This document shows, in pieces, positions 26,301 through 38,214 of a stretch of 41,744 nt of DNA (position 1 is its first letter; each line of letters begins with the position of its first letter). The stretch spans positions 1 to 41,744 of the forward strand of contig LXFE01000417.1 of assembly GCA_001929475.1 (NCBI GenBank), given 5' to 3'. The stretch comes from Neolecta irregularis DAH-3. Its lineage: Eukaryota. The position numbers were made by a program, and so were the translations under genes. The notes beneath the pieces are model-generated. The model was not told where the DNA came from, did not search any database, and saw only the letters and a list, made by a program, of their open reading frames with translations.

Positions 26301-27894
26301 AAGTTGTTGCATTTTGTGAGAATAAAATCGATTGTCGAAGGAAACAAGTCCTCGAATATTTCGGCGAGACTTTCAGCCCAGCGAAATGTCGAAAAACTTG
26401 CGATAATTGTTCGTCAAACACTGCATGGATAGCCAAAAATGTTACCGATTTAGCGGTTGCAGCGATAAAACTGGTTCAAGTGATCAATAGGAAGACTACA
26501 TTATTGTATTGTGTTGACGTCTTTCGCGGGAGTAAAGCGAGTAAGATTACCAATGCTGGGCATAATCTGCTAGAACAGCATGGTTTTGGGCAAGACGCCA
26601 GTAAAACTGATATCGAGAGATTGTTCAAGCGATTGGTTAGTGAAGAAGCATTGAAGGAAGTGTGCGAAACAAACAAGATGGGATTCGTTAATACCTATGT
26701 TGCGGTATAGATTTGTTAATACTGAGACTGATTTTCAGATTGGCAAGAAAGCCAACGAGTTCCTTCGAGGTAACAAACAGCTACAGATGGACTTTGCCGA
26801 AGGAGCCGGTGGTAAAAAGAAATCAAAAACTATGACACCTGCTGTTTCAAATCATCGAAGGTTTAATAGCCTTCAAATTTCACGTCCCGATGATGATTTT
26901 GACGATTTTGAAGTAACATCGCGTCCAAGGTCCTTGAAGCGTAAAGAGGAAAGATGTTTTCTTGGAGAGCCGGTCCGTCCAAACCAGCAATATTCACATC
27001 TCACAGAATACGAGATCGACGTATCCAATCGGTGTTATGATCATGTAGTGGTTAGGCGAGATGCGGTATGTTATTTCACAAAAAGTATCACTAATTACTG
27101 CAGATCTGCAAAGAACAAGACGTTCGGCCATCCACTGTGCTTTCAAATACTGCGCTTCAGAGTATTTCAGTGCAGCTACCGACTAGTAAGTCATCTTGCT
27201 TCTTCTCTGTTGATATAACAAGCAAAACAACAATGGCTTAAGTGTCAAGATGTCTCCGAAAGACAATACGATCTATATCACGAAAAATTTGACCTGGTAC
27301 TGGATAATTTCATAACCGAGAAACGCGAAAATCTGAGGTATCGTTTTTGATTTCTTCCATAAACTAATTTTAAGTGATGCTCAGATGCCCCCACAAAAGC
27401 AAAATAACATACGTCAAGTGGATTACGAGTCTGCAGCTCCCGGTGGTGATGAAAGCGATTATGAGGATAATCTCGATGACGTCGAGTACGAAACTGTCGC
27501 TGCTCCAAATGGAACGACATCTCACCATTTTGCTCGATATAGCGCTCCATCTCAAAATAAATCCGTCTGCGATTTACGTAAAGATTAATCCGGTATCAAA
27601 CTTGCTGACCCCAAAGTTCGAAGGCAATTTTTACATAATGCGGAAAGGTCTGGTAGTTCTCAAAGCGAAGGTCCATTATCCTCTCGCCGTGGAGGAGTAT
27701 CGCAAGGTCGGTCTAGTCGCGGCAGTCGGAAGAAGTCTACCAAACGTTCTTTCTCGAGCAGCGGTGAACCAAAACCGGGATATCGGAAATCCAGTGGTGG
27801 AGTCAGAAAATCATCCCGGGGAGGATCTTCCTCTCGTGGAAGAACCACTGGAGGTTCGAGTAGTACGACAAATTCCATAATTCGACCAATGTGA
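23345..27894 (+). CDS. SGS1: RecQ family DNA helicase Sgs1/Rqh1; about 9 introns
   Basis: N-terminal PKNNLQLQISW; helicase motifs MPTGGGKSLCYQLP, DEAHCVSQWGHDFRPDY, ATIAFGMGIDK and YYQETGRAGRDG; RQC Zn motif CRR...CRKTCDNC; an HRDC-like segment; a Ser/Arg/Gly-rich tail ending IIRPM*. Confidence 0.95.
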
Positions 27895-28245
27895 TCTGTT
27901 GGAACCTTCTCACTCGATACGCTATGGCTCCTGGCGCGTTTTGTTGATATTCATTGGATATTTCATTCATTTTTCTTCTTGGGGGCGTTTGTAACATTGA
28001 GATTTTATCGCGTCGGTAGTATATCTAATCATGATCTGCATGGACTCGTCCGCATAACTTTCCGGTGTATTTCTGAAAGTTCAATCTTTGCGTATTTCAT
28101 CATTGTAACCCTCCGAATGCTCTCACTTGTTTTTTTTCAGGTGGGCAGTACAGACTGAAGTAGCCATATTTCAATCTCACCTCCCGGTCATTCAGCTGAA
28201 TCAAAACCCAGAAGCCTGCTGATATATTCGGCATAATCACGGCGA

Positions 28246-30237
28246 ATGATTTCTCCTTTTTCATACAGTGTTCTAGAAGCATCGGATCCGCCGAATGCTC
28301 GAATAAACTATCAAGTTATTTCACCATCCAGCCTCACTTCATCCCCTGTTCCTCCAGAAGATAGACCATCCCCCCCAAGATGGAATACCTACGAATTCTA
28401 CTTTTATTTTATTATTTTCTTGATATGTGTTCCGTTGATGCTAAAGGCGGGATATAATCTTTCAACAGGTAAAATGCTGCTTGTTTAATTTTCGAACGCT
28501 CAAGGATTTAGAAAGTCATCCAAATTACCATCTGTTCGAGCCTTTTCTTCAACCTGGATGGATGTTTGGACGCAAAGTGGTATGTTGAAACATGGACGAA
28601 AGCTAAGTCTTTGTCAGGATAATAGCGATATACAATATCGATCATTCCGAGAACAAATTCCCATGCTCTTTGGGGTAGTGATTCTTCACACATTTCTTCG
28701 CCATGGATTTAACAAGCTTACAGTCCCATCATCGACCTCTGATCAAGTAAAATATCGGGTACTCTTCGACGTCTTTTTCTCCATGATATTTCTGTTCGTT
28801 CTGCACGGTTTTAGTTTGCTGAAAATTGTGGGAATAATTGGAACCAATTTCCTTATTGCAAAGAGTTGTGGAGGGCATGTTTCGGGTCCTGTGCTGACCT
28901 GGATTATTGATATCGGTTTCTTATTTCTAGCGGAATGGTATGATGGTTTTCTGTTTAAAAGTGTAGGATTACCTATACTGGTATACACATTATCTGGGTT
29001 GGATATTGATAGTCCTGCAGGATTCATTCAGTGGAATGTCGTTTCGCTGGCAAATCTATTTCAATATCACCATGCTTCGCTTAATCTCTTTCAACATGGA
29101 TTACTTTTGGTCCCAAAGAGATGCCACTACCTTGGAGGCATACTTTATTTAAACCAACTTATTTGTCCTGATGGTCTAGAAGAACCTTCTCGATCAAGAA
29201 CAGATTTCTGAGAGAACTCGAATCGCTAGTTCGTGCTTACCATCTGAATATACTTTCTTGAATTTCCTTGCATATGCCACTTATACGCCGTTATACGTCG
29301 CTGGACCGATCATGACATTTAATAATTGGATTTCTCAGGCATTTTTTGAGATAAAAGAAAGCTTCTCTAACATGGCCAGTTGAAATATCCCTCCTCAACC
29401 TTGACAATCCAACGAACAGTTCTCTACAGCATTCGTCTTGGTACTAGTCTCCTATGTATGGAGACCCTGTTGCATTTTTACTATGTCGTCGCTATATCAA
29501 AAGCACAAGCCTGGAGTAATGACTCCCCTTTCGAAATTAGTATGATTGGCTACTACAACTTGGTGATCATATGGCTCAAGGTACAAACCTCTAGACGAAA
29601 AATTTACATGATAACAAAGCTCTTAATTCCTTGGCGTTTCTTTCGGCTATGGGCAATGATTGACAAAATCGAAGCACCAGAGAATATGCTGCGTTGTATG
29701 AGCAATAGTTACTCTGCCAGTGGTTTCTGGAGATCGTGGCACCGAAGTTTTAACCGGTGGATACTTCGGTATCTTTTAGGTTATTCTTTGAGAAATTGAC
29801 TTTCAAGATATATCTATATACCACTAGGAGGTTCAAAGCGGTCCATCCCAAATACGTTCATTGTCTTCACCTTTGTAGCATTATGGCACGATTTGTCATT
29901 CAAACTACTAACATGGGGATGGCTAATCGCTCTGTTCATTATTCCTGAGCTCGTTGCGACCGCTCTATTTCCCGCTAAAATATGGGCAGAAATTCCGTGG
30001 TACCGTCATCTCTGCGCGGTAGGAGCAGTATTAAACCTGGTCATAATGATGGTGGCAAATCTCATTGGATTTTGTCTCGGAGTTGATGGTATGAAAAGCA
30101 TGCTGAAGGAAATATTATCTAGTTGGAGAGGAATAGGATTTTTCGTAAGTGCTCTTGGCGCACTTTTTGTTGGGGTTCAGGTAATGTTTGAATATCGAGA
30201 AGAGGAGAAGCGGAAAGGGATATATTTGAAGTGTTGA
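28246..30237 (+). CDS. GUP1: MBOAT O-acyltransferase Gup1; 7 introns (two GC-AG)
   Basis: Motifs [85 protein letters not shown] and [10 protein letters not shown]. Confidence 0.93.
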
Positions 30238-30449
30238 TCAAAACTTTGTATAAATAATTAAGTTGTGATGTGATTGAACGGAGCTTGTCACGATACAATT
30301 GCGCTTGAAGAGTTTCAAAGATATATGTTTGAACCTAGAATTCGACGTGGATCTCCTTCGGATTCATAACATGTTATGATGCTCAGATCAATCTCAACCA
30401 CCGGAAACTCGAGATAAGATTATCTAGGAGTTTCGCAGTACGACCAGCT

Positions 30450-33049
30450 ATGAGCCCTATTCCGGATAGACAGTCTGTGTTTGATCAGATATTCAAGAGA
30501 CCGAAAGCTGGAGTAACACTAAACGCAGAAGAAAACAACATTTGCTGGATGAGTCTTACTAGATGGTTGACTAATTCGCTTTCTAATCATTCTCGGTGTA
30601 CTTTAGAGACCGATGTTGAAATTAGAGAGAAGTTATCATCAATCAGGGAAGCTGGTCTGGAAAGTCGCCTGAGTGCTTGGTATATTGGTAATTCGAAGAA
30701 CACAACTTAGCTGGTTGATCTTTTATAGACCAAGTGCGACGCGATTTTATAAAGGAGCATTCCTCGAGACTTCTAAATAGGGCGGTATGGATGTTTGATT
30801 GGGCTCTAGTTTATAAGATAGGTCCTATCAGACGATTTACAGTGCTTTATCATGGACCTTGCCTCAATTTATGAGAGTTACGAGCGCCCATTGGTACTAC
30901 TTGATACTGGGTAACTTTTATGCCCGAAGAGTCCTGAAATTACAGGGAAAAGAACATCGAGAAACTTCAATTATCGTTGCATGCACTATTCCAATATCAT
31001 ATTGATATTCCACGCCTGGCGCAAAGGATAAAATTATGGGTGTCGACTACAGTGACAGAATGGTCCGAAGAATCTATTACCGATGACACATTCCTAGAAA
31101 GCAGCCGTACTCTGGGGAAAGTTGGATTGGGTCGCCTCTTTCAAGGCATCGTTGCCGAGGTTATAGCTTCGAGTATGAAGGATTATATTTCAGAAAACTT
31201 TGCAAATGAATGGGAGGCCAGTGTGCTGCCACAAATGACGGATTGGATTTCTCAGAAAGTTTTCACATTCGTGCACCAAGTTTGCCAAAATCAGGATGAC
31301 AATCTTCGAGAAATTCTAGAAGGACTTGCGAAAAGGTCATTAGTAGATCTTAGGTATCGTCAGTTCCCAGATTGCTTCGCTGAGGTATAGGACATCTGAA
31401 TTATTCGATATTATAAAGGACTTTCCTTATTCAGAAAGCGCTATCGATGATTTGAAAGTGCCTAAGTAGCTCAACTCTTCACTGATAATCAAGCGATGCG
31501 TGAGTAATACACCACAAAGGACTCAGATAGTCCAGACCTTCCAGGAAGCGTATGCTGCTCAACAGGCTCTGCCTAATTGTCATAGCTGTCGCAAGAGAAT
31601 GCTTCATCCTGGTGCCCACACATCAGATATCATCTCTCAATATATCTCAACGATGAAAGCCTTTCGGATCCTTGAGCCACATGGAGTACTTCTAGATAAG
31701 GTTGCGCGACCGATACGCCGATACCTAAGGCTAGTGCTTTTCCTGATGTTTATCTGATATGTAGAGAGCGAGAGGACACCATTCGATGCATAATGACGGG
31801 CCTTGTCGGCGAAGATTCTGATTTAGCAGACGAGCTCATGCAAGAAACCGCTGAAGTTGATATCGACGACTTTGATGATATGAACTGGATTCCAGATCCT
31901 GTTGATGCTGGTCCTGATTATAGAAAAGACAATGGAGATGTGATTGCCGCTTTGGTATCAATTTACGAAAATACAGAAGTATTTGTGAAAGAATTACAAA
32001 TTCTGCTGGCAGATCGACTATTGGCCTTGGTAGATTACGATATGGATAGAGAGGTATATTTATCTAAATAGACGACAACTGAAAGCATAGATTCGTAACA
32101 TAGAATTGCTCAAACTACGTTTCGGTGAAGCGAATCTTCAGATGTGCGATATTATGTTGAAAGATATTGCAGATTCGAAGCGTCTGGATGATCAGATTCA
32201 CGGAACTAAGTTTGAAGAGATAAAAGCCTCTTTTTCTCCGAATTTTGCTAACTGGTAGTCCATTGCCCAAGGGTTTATCTTATCAAGGCTGTTCTGGCCC
32301 GCGTTTCGAACTGAAAATATAATTCTGCCGTCTGAATTAAATTTGTATGTTTCTCAAGAAGTGCTCTTCTGATCGAAAGGGAACTGCGAAAGTATGCTAG
32401 AGCCTTTGAAGAATTAAAGCCATCCCGAAAACTCGAAGTTCTTCCTCATCTTGGATGGGTGGACATTGAACTCGATTTGGAAGATCGGCACTTGGCACTT
32501 TCGGTTACACCTGCTCAAGCTACTGTTATTTATCAATTTCTTGAAACCGATACAAATACACTAGACTCTCTTCTTGAATTGTTTAACAACGATCGTGCAT
32601 CCACTCTCCGGGCTATATTGTATTGGGTAAGAATTGGGGTTTTGAAAGAAACATCAAAAGATCAATATTTTCTCCTGGAGAAGGCCGAGTCTTTCGCACC
32701 AGGTACCCTGAAACCGGATAGAGCTCATGGTTAGGTGCTGCATCAGTTGTTGAACAGCCGGTTTCTGCAATTCAATCAGCTGTCGATATTTCTGCCTCTG
32801 AGATGCAAATGTACTGGTATATACGTATCTATTCAGGATGTTGACTAACCTGGCAGGTCTTATATTACGAATATGCTGAAGAACATGGGTGCACAACCAG
32901 CAGAACGTATACAGTCAATTCTTACAATGCTCGTTCCGCCGCCGAATCTCTATTCAAAAAGTTTGAATGAGCTTCAAGCATTCTTGGAAGAGATGGTCAA
33001 TGAGGAGAAATTGGAGTTCGTTACCGGAAATTATAAGCTAAAAAAGTGA
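30450..33049 (+). CDS. APC2: Anaphase-promoting complex cullin-like subunit Apc2; about 12 introns
   Basis: Motifs ELFDIIKDFP, RMLHPGAHTSDII, RRYLREREDTIR, WIPDPVDAGP, ELLKLRFGE...CDIMLKDIADSKR, ILSRLFWP and YWSYITNMLKN. Confidence 0.93.
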
Positions 33050-33490
33050 GGTCTGACTTATCCTCTACACGAGCTTTTTATGCGTGCTTTTTCCATATCC
33101 ACCAAGGAAATCCAAGCGTTTTGGCCTTATGTTAAAGGAATAACGTGATAACCAGTTCCGCCCAAGTCAAAATATTCAATCGATTAGAGTTGATCTCTGC
33201 CCTTGAGCTCTTTTATCTCGTATGTTCCCAAGGAATCAGTGTCGTGGAATATAAACAGTTGCATGGTGTATTTTTGTGCGATTAATATTATATCTTGTCA
33301 GTCAGGTACTAGATCGAATCTCAATTGATAAATTTTGTGAGCCTGTTTCAAACGACTGTATTTAAAACAACAATGTAACTTAGGCAAATCACTGTAAATT
33401 ATCTTTCCCATGGGTTGATGGTGGAGGATCAAGTTCGGACTCCACCAAGTCGTATCACGTCCACGCAATCCCAATTATCACTCCTACATA

Positions 33491-34518
33491 ATGGTTAGCG
33501 CGCGGTTAAACGTTCCAAATCCAGGATTTGATTTCGATAATTACCAGAGAAACGCTCTGCTAGCTGTAAAAGGACAGAAACCGCCAAAAACCACTTCGAC
33601 TGGAACGACCATCGTAGGATGCTTGTACAAAGCCGATGACGGGTATATGTTCTTCGAATCTCCTGTTTATGAGATAGTTCAACTGGGGTATGTATTGGAG
33701 CAGATACAAGGGCTACATCTGGACCAATAGTGGCTGATCCTAATTGTGAGAAAATTCATAAAATTTCTGCGAACATTTGGTCCATAACCGCTTGCAATAT
33801 TACTGTTTCTTATGCTTTGTAGGTGTTGCGGAGCCGGAACTGCCGCGGACACAGAATTTACGACAAATTTGATCAACTCGCAGCTAGAGTTACATAGTTT
33901 ATGGACTGGTCGGCGTCCGAGAGTAGTCACAGCATTAACTATGCTGAAACAGCATTTATTCAAACACCAGGGACACATTGGAGCATATTTGGTACTTGGC
34001 GGTATCGTTTGTTTAGAGTAGAGTGAAATAACTTACACGATAGGTGTCGATCCTACCGGAGCACATCTGTTCACTGTCCATGCACATGGATCAACGGACA
34101 AACTGCCATTTGTATGGCCATGCTCACTTCCTTTCTAAATCTGTAGGTTACAATGGGATCTGGCTCCCTAGCGGCGATCTCTGTATTCGAAACCAGATGG
34201 GTTAAAGATTTGTCTCGAATTGATGCTATGGAACTGGTCAAAGATGCAATTGAAGCGGGTATCTTCAACGATCTCGGTTCAGGGAGCAACTGTGATGTCT
34301 GTGTGATTGAAAAGGACAAGGTATGGTGCAGCTTTTTGCAGCTTCTTCACATTCTCTAGACTCAGATGTACAGACATTACAGTGAACCGAATGAGCGCCA
34401 ACCGAAACAACAAAGTTATAAATTTCCTCATGGGACAACAGCCATTCTAAAGAGCGATATCTCCAAGTTTGTTACAATTGAAGATGTCGCAGGAGAAGAT
34501 ATGGAGGTCGATACTTAG
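33491..34518 (+). CDS. PUP1: 20S proteasome beta2 subunit (trypsin-like); 5 introns
   Basis: Propeptide [10 protein letters not shown], catalytic TSTG|TTIVG, and motifs [31 protein letters not shown] and [13 protein letters not shown]. Confidence 0.96.
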
Positions 34519-34969
34519 GCATTTTAATCAATATGAAAGGGTGTATGCACATAGGATCTTGTGTTTTGTTCTCCCAAGCTTAACAAAGTATATCCTGGGC
34601 AGTGATGTATAGAATCCATATTGATTCATAATGGATTCATGAATTTGAATCAGTGTTGCTGATGGACCAAAAGACCATGGACTTTTTGCAAAGTCTGGCC
34701 CATCGACTTTTCTGAGGGTCAGGCCCACTGATGAACCATAAAACATTACTTTTGCAAGTAGTCTCAATCTCAAACTATCAATCTCTAGTAGAGAAATGGT
34801 ATTAAAGTGTGACTAAACAAAAGTCTGACACACGTGTTGTCTTCCCATATGGTAAATGTTGGTGGGTATTATGTGCCTGCTCCTAAATCTCCAACCCACG
34901 TCATTTTGTCTTCCCTATTTCTGCTTTCAGCTCCCATCCATAAATTAGTCTGCCCCTTTTTTATTCGCT

Positions 34970-35799
34970 ATGGCCGTTTTCAAGAAGTTCTGGCAATGGC
35001 TGCTCTCGTGGTTTTGGCAGGCAAGCAAATCTTATAGCATGACTCTGACTTTCAAAGACTGAAATGGAGGTATAGCAAACCTGACTATGAGATTTCTTTG
35101 TACAGAAGCTGATGCAACTCGATTTTAGATCACCATCATTGGTCTTCAGAACAGCGGGAAGACCACCTTGCTTAATCTTTTGTCGGATGGTGACTTTATT
35201 AGCGATACTATTCGTATTTTCATAATGAAGGCTGTTTGCTGATAACTTTAGCGTACTTGCTGCTTCTGTGGCCGTGTTTTACTATCTAGCACCGTTGGCT
35301 TTAATTTTCGCAAGGTAATACGTGGTAATGTGACTCTAAAATGGTGCTGTTGTCTATATCTTCCAGAGAAACTGATTCATCAGTTGGGATCTTGGAGGAC
35401 AAGCGCGATTTCGAAGCATGTGGGATCGATATTGTCGAGGGATAAATGCTATAGTGTAAGCAGTCCTAATTTTTCGTATCCGTGATAACATGCAGCTTTG
35501 TGATCGATTCTTCTGACCACGATAAGCTGGCTACCTCTGCTGCAGAGCTCCACAATCTTCTCTCAAAGCCCGCGCTTGATCTCATTCCGCTTCTCGTTTT
35601 AGCGAATAAAAGGGATATGCCTAAAGCCCTAACCGTTGATGAAGTCATTGAGCAGATGTACCTCAATTATCTTGAAAGTGGAGCTAAACGGCATAGTCGT
35701 CTTGATTCGATTAAGGGTCGCGAGGTCAGTTGTTACTCAATTTCAGCTAAGGATAACTTAAATATCGAGCCCATCATAAGTTGGCTTGTTGCTCGGTAG
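34970..35799 (+). CDS. ARL8: Arf-like GTPase Arl8; 7 introns, including a GC-AG intron, a 12-nt exon and a 1-nt exon
   Basis: Spliced [25 protein letters not shown]...DTIPTVGFN...[20 protein letters not shown]...[10 protein letters not shown]...[11 protein letters not shown], with no Gly2, which is the Arl8 signature. Confidence 0.93.
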
Positions 35800-36084
35800 A
35801 TTTCATGTTCTTCAGACTTCTCACATCCAGGGCTAAGCGGTGAACGGGTGTTCATATTGATACCTTATTCACTTTTATCTTGGCGTTTATCCATATGGCA
35901 TGTGTTGTTTTGGTATCTTTGATTTGGTATGAGATGAAGGACTAACTGTTTGCATCTGTTTTCGTTTTCGTTCGTTTTTTAAGTCGAGAGAGGAGTTTTC
36001 ACACATGAAATTAAAAATTCAAGGATTAGATAGGATTCTGATGTAGATTCGTCAGCCAAGATTGCTCAATTCAACCTTTTTTCA

Positions 36085-36825
36085 TCAGATTTGATGATCT
36101 ATCTTCAACTTATTTTGGGTAAAATCAGACAACATCCATGCAATCAATCCCCCCAAAAAATATCCAATATATGCTCCTGTAATGATTGTAACAGGCCATT
36201 TCTTTGAATAAGCGATATATGTCAGAGGATAAGAAAATACCTGCCACTCTCTATTCCAATCCAGGGGTATAGGGAATGCACCCAACCAGGCTCCCGTCAT
36301 GACACAAATGCTCTGTGTGAATACTCTGGCATTTCCGTGATACATCAACGCATATACCTTTTGCCATTCTCCGTTGTCCAGCTGGATTATACACGCAAGT
36401 GGAAATACAGCAAGAAAGGCGATATTTAATGACAGCATTGTTGTTTCGGAAAATACTTGAAAGGCAGGCACACCAAACAGAACCATTAAAAGGTGTATCA
36501 CGAAGGAGCCGGCGAGTGTAACAAATGTTGCAAATGTTATGGGCTTCATGTGAGATAGAACAAGCAGAAAAACGCATACCATGGCGTTATTACTGATTGA
36601 ATACTTGAGTTTTACTTTGCCGGTCGATCTTTTGCTCAAAGGAAGACATAAAATTGCATATGTTGTTTGTAGACAGTATACCGATGGTAAAAGCGGACTC
36701 AGTAGAGTTGATGAAGGCGACAAAAGCAGTTTTTTCCACGCGGCGACCAGAAATACAAGAGGAAACACAGCATTGGTTAGATGGATAAATCTATCTGTGA
36801 ATGCGGAGAATGGTGTGGTTTTCAT
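36085..36825 (-). CDS. GPI11: GPI biosynthesis protein PIG-F/Gpi11; two in-frame stopless introns
   Basis: Motifs LMVLFGVP and GAWLGAFPIPLDWNREWQ|KWPVT. The 36-nt and 39-nt GT-AG inserts read through in frame. The start codon is uncertain. Confidence 0.9.
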   Translation of the reverse strand: MKTTPFSAFTDRFIHLTNAVFPLVFLVAAWKKLLLSPSSTLLSPLLPSVYCLQTTYAILCLPLSKRSTGKVKLKYSISNNAMVCVFLLVLSHMKPITFATFVTLAGSFVIHLLMVLFGVPAFQVFSETTMLSLNIAFLAVFPLACIIQLDNGEWQKVYALMYHGNARVFTQSICVMTGAWLGAFPIPLDWNREWQVFSYPLTYIAYSKKWPVTIITGAYIGYFLGGLIAWMLSDFTQNKLKIDHQI

Positions 36826-36947
36826 GGCATCAAATTTGACATCAACTCCTCATTTTTGTCATTTTTGTTCCACCGAGATGGTCACTTCTTTGCGTTGGGT
36901 ATCTTGCATATTAACGAATAATTTACTAATATTAGATAATCAAAAGA

Positions 36948-37666
36948 ATGTTACCTTTTACTGGAGTATTTCCTAGGACTGCACTAATTGCTGTTTCACA
37001 AAAAGACGAAAACCCATCGCCAAATTTGACCCACATATTTACCAAATCTTCAAAATTATCAATCTACGATCCACCCGAGCCGACCTTGGTTCTTGAAGAA
37101 CTTCCTCCGATGTTGCTGCAAACTCACTTTCGAATTGGGCGAGAATGGGTCAACAAAAAGTACCGTCATACTCGTTGTGGAATCGACAATCTAGTCGATC
37201 GTTGGATTTCGCTGGAAGGGAAAATTGAAAAGACAGCCAACGAAGTCAAGCCGATGAATGGAGAAAAAGTCATGCCTGGTGGTATGTATGTTGTGATCTC
37301 AGGGATGGCGGGGTCTATATTATCACGGAATCGTACGTTCAGTTTATTTCTTAGAGCTACTGAATACTAGGGTTATTTCCGGTTCGGTTAGCTATGCCAA
37401 TTCTCACTTCAATTGGCGCGGCGATATACTTTTTGCCGCAAACTTCTCGAAACATTGGAGCTCTCCTCTTGAAAATCGAACGCAAGATACCGAAATTGGA
37501 GAAAGTGCACAATCAAATTCATAATCAACTTCTAGAAGCAGTAGAGTATGCTGAACGGACGAAAGAGCAGGGACAAAGAACTATTGAGGAGAGTGTGTAT
37601 AGAAGCCGAAAGTTTGTCGAGGCTAGCACTGGATTGCCTGTTGCTCAGGATAGAACTGAGGTATGA
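36948..37666 (+). CDS. MIC26: MICOS subunit Mic26/Mic27 (apolipoprotein O family); 1 intron
   Basis: Motifs KLSIYD, EKVMPGGMYVVISGMAGSILSRNR and YFLPQTSRNIG. Confidence 0.8.
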
Positions 37667-38214
37667 TTTACTTTCAATTGGTTACTGAACCCAAGTAAAT
37701 AGTTACTGATAAAGTAATTGGCTACTGAATCTAATGTAACACCCTTTCATAATAAATTTGATCTGTCGAGTCTGTCATATAGCTTTGTAGTAAAAGGCGT
37801 ATGACTGGTCGACATGATCAGTAACTAGACATTGGACCGCCTTTCTCTTGAGCTGCTACTTCAAATATCATATAGTGTGGCAACCTACTGTTCTAATTGA
37901 CAATTTAAGAAAACTTTTGTGGAAATCTGTTGACACGAGAGATTCCATTTTGAAAGCCTCTTCATTATGTCAGTTGACTAATCTCTTTCATAGAATTATG
38001 TGCATTACTATCTCTATCTATTGGTCTATAGATCTCTGGATATTCTAATTCTATTCAAGATGAAAATTGAATTCATTTCAATGTTTTCGGTTTTGTGGGG
38101 AGGCCACTTGATAGTTTTACTTTGTCACCGCCATCCTCCAAAGAGTTATAGGCATCAACAGAACCCTTTGGATTTCCAACTGTCTTTCAGGTAAAAAGAT
38201 TTCCTTTTACTCAT

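Noticed and set aside
33731-33760. PUP1 ADPNCEK in place of the usual ADKNCEK
   Set aside because: A single substitution; catalytic Thr1, Asp17 and Lys33 are intact.
34528-34830. ORF 34528..34773 and CAGTG-starting motifs between PUP1 and ARL8 as a possible hAT-like element
   Set aside because: No convincing TIR pair or target-site duplication, and the ORF has no recognisable features.
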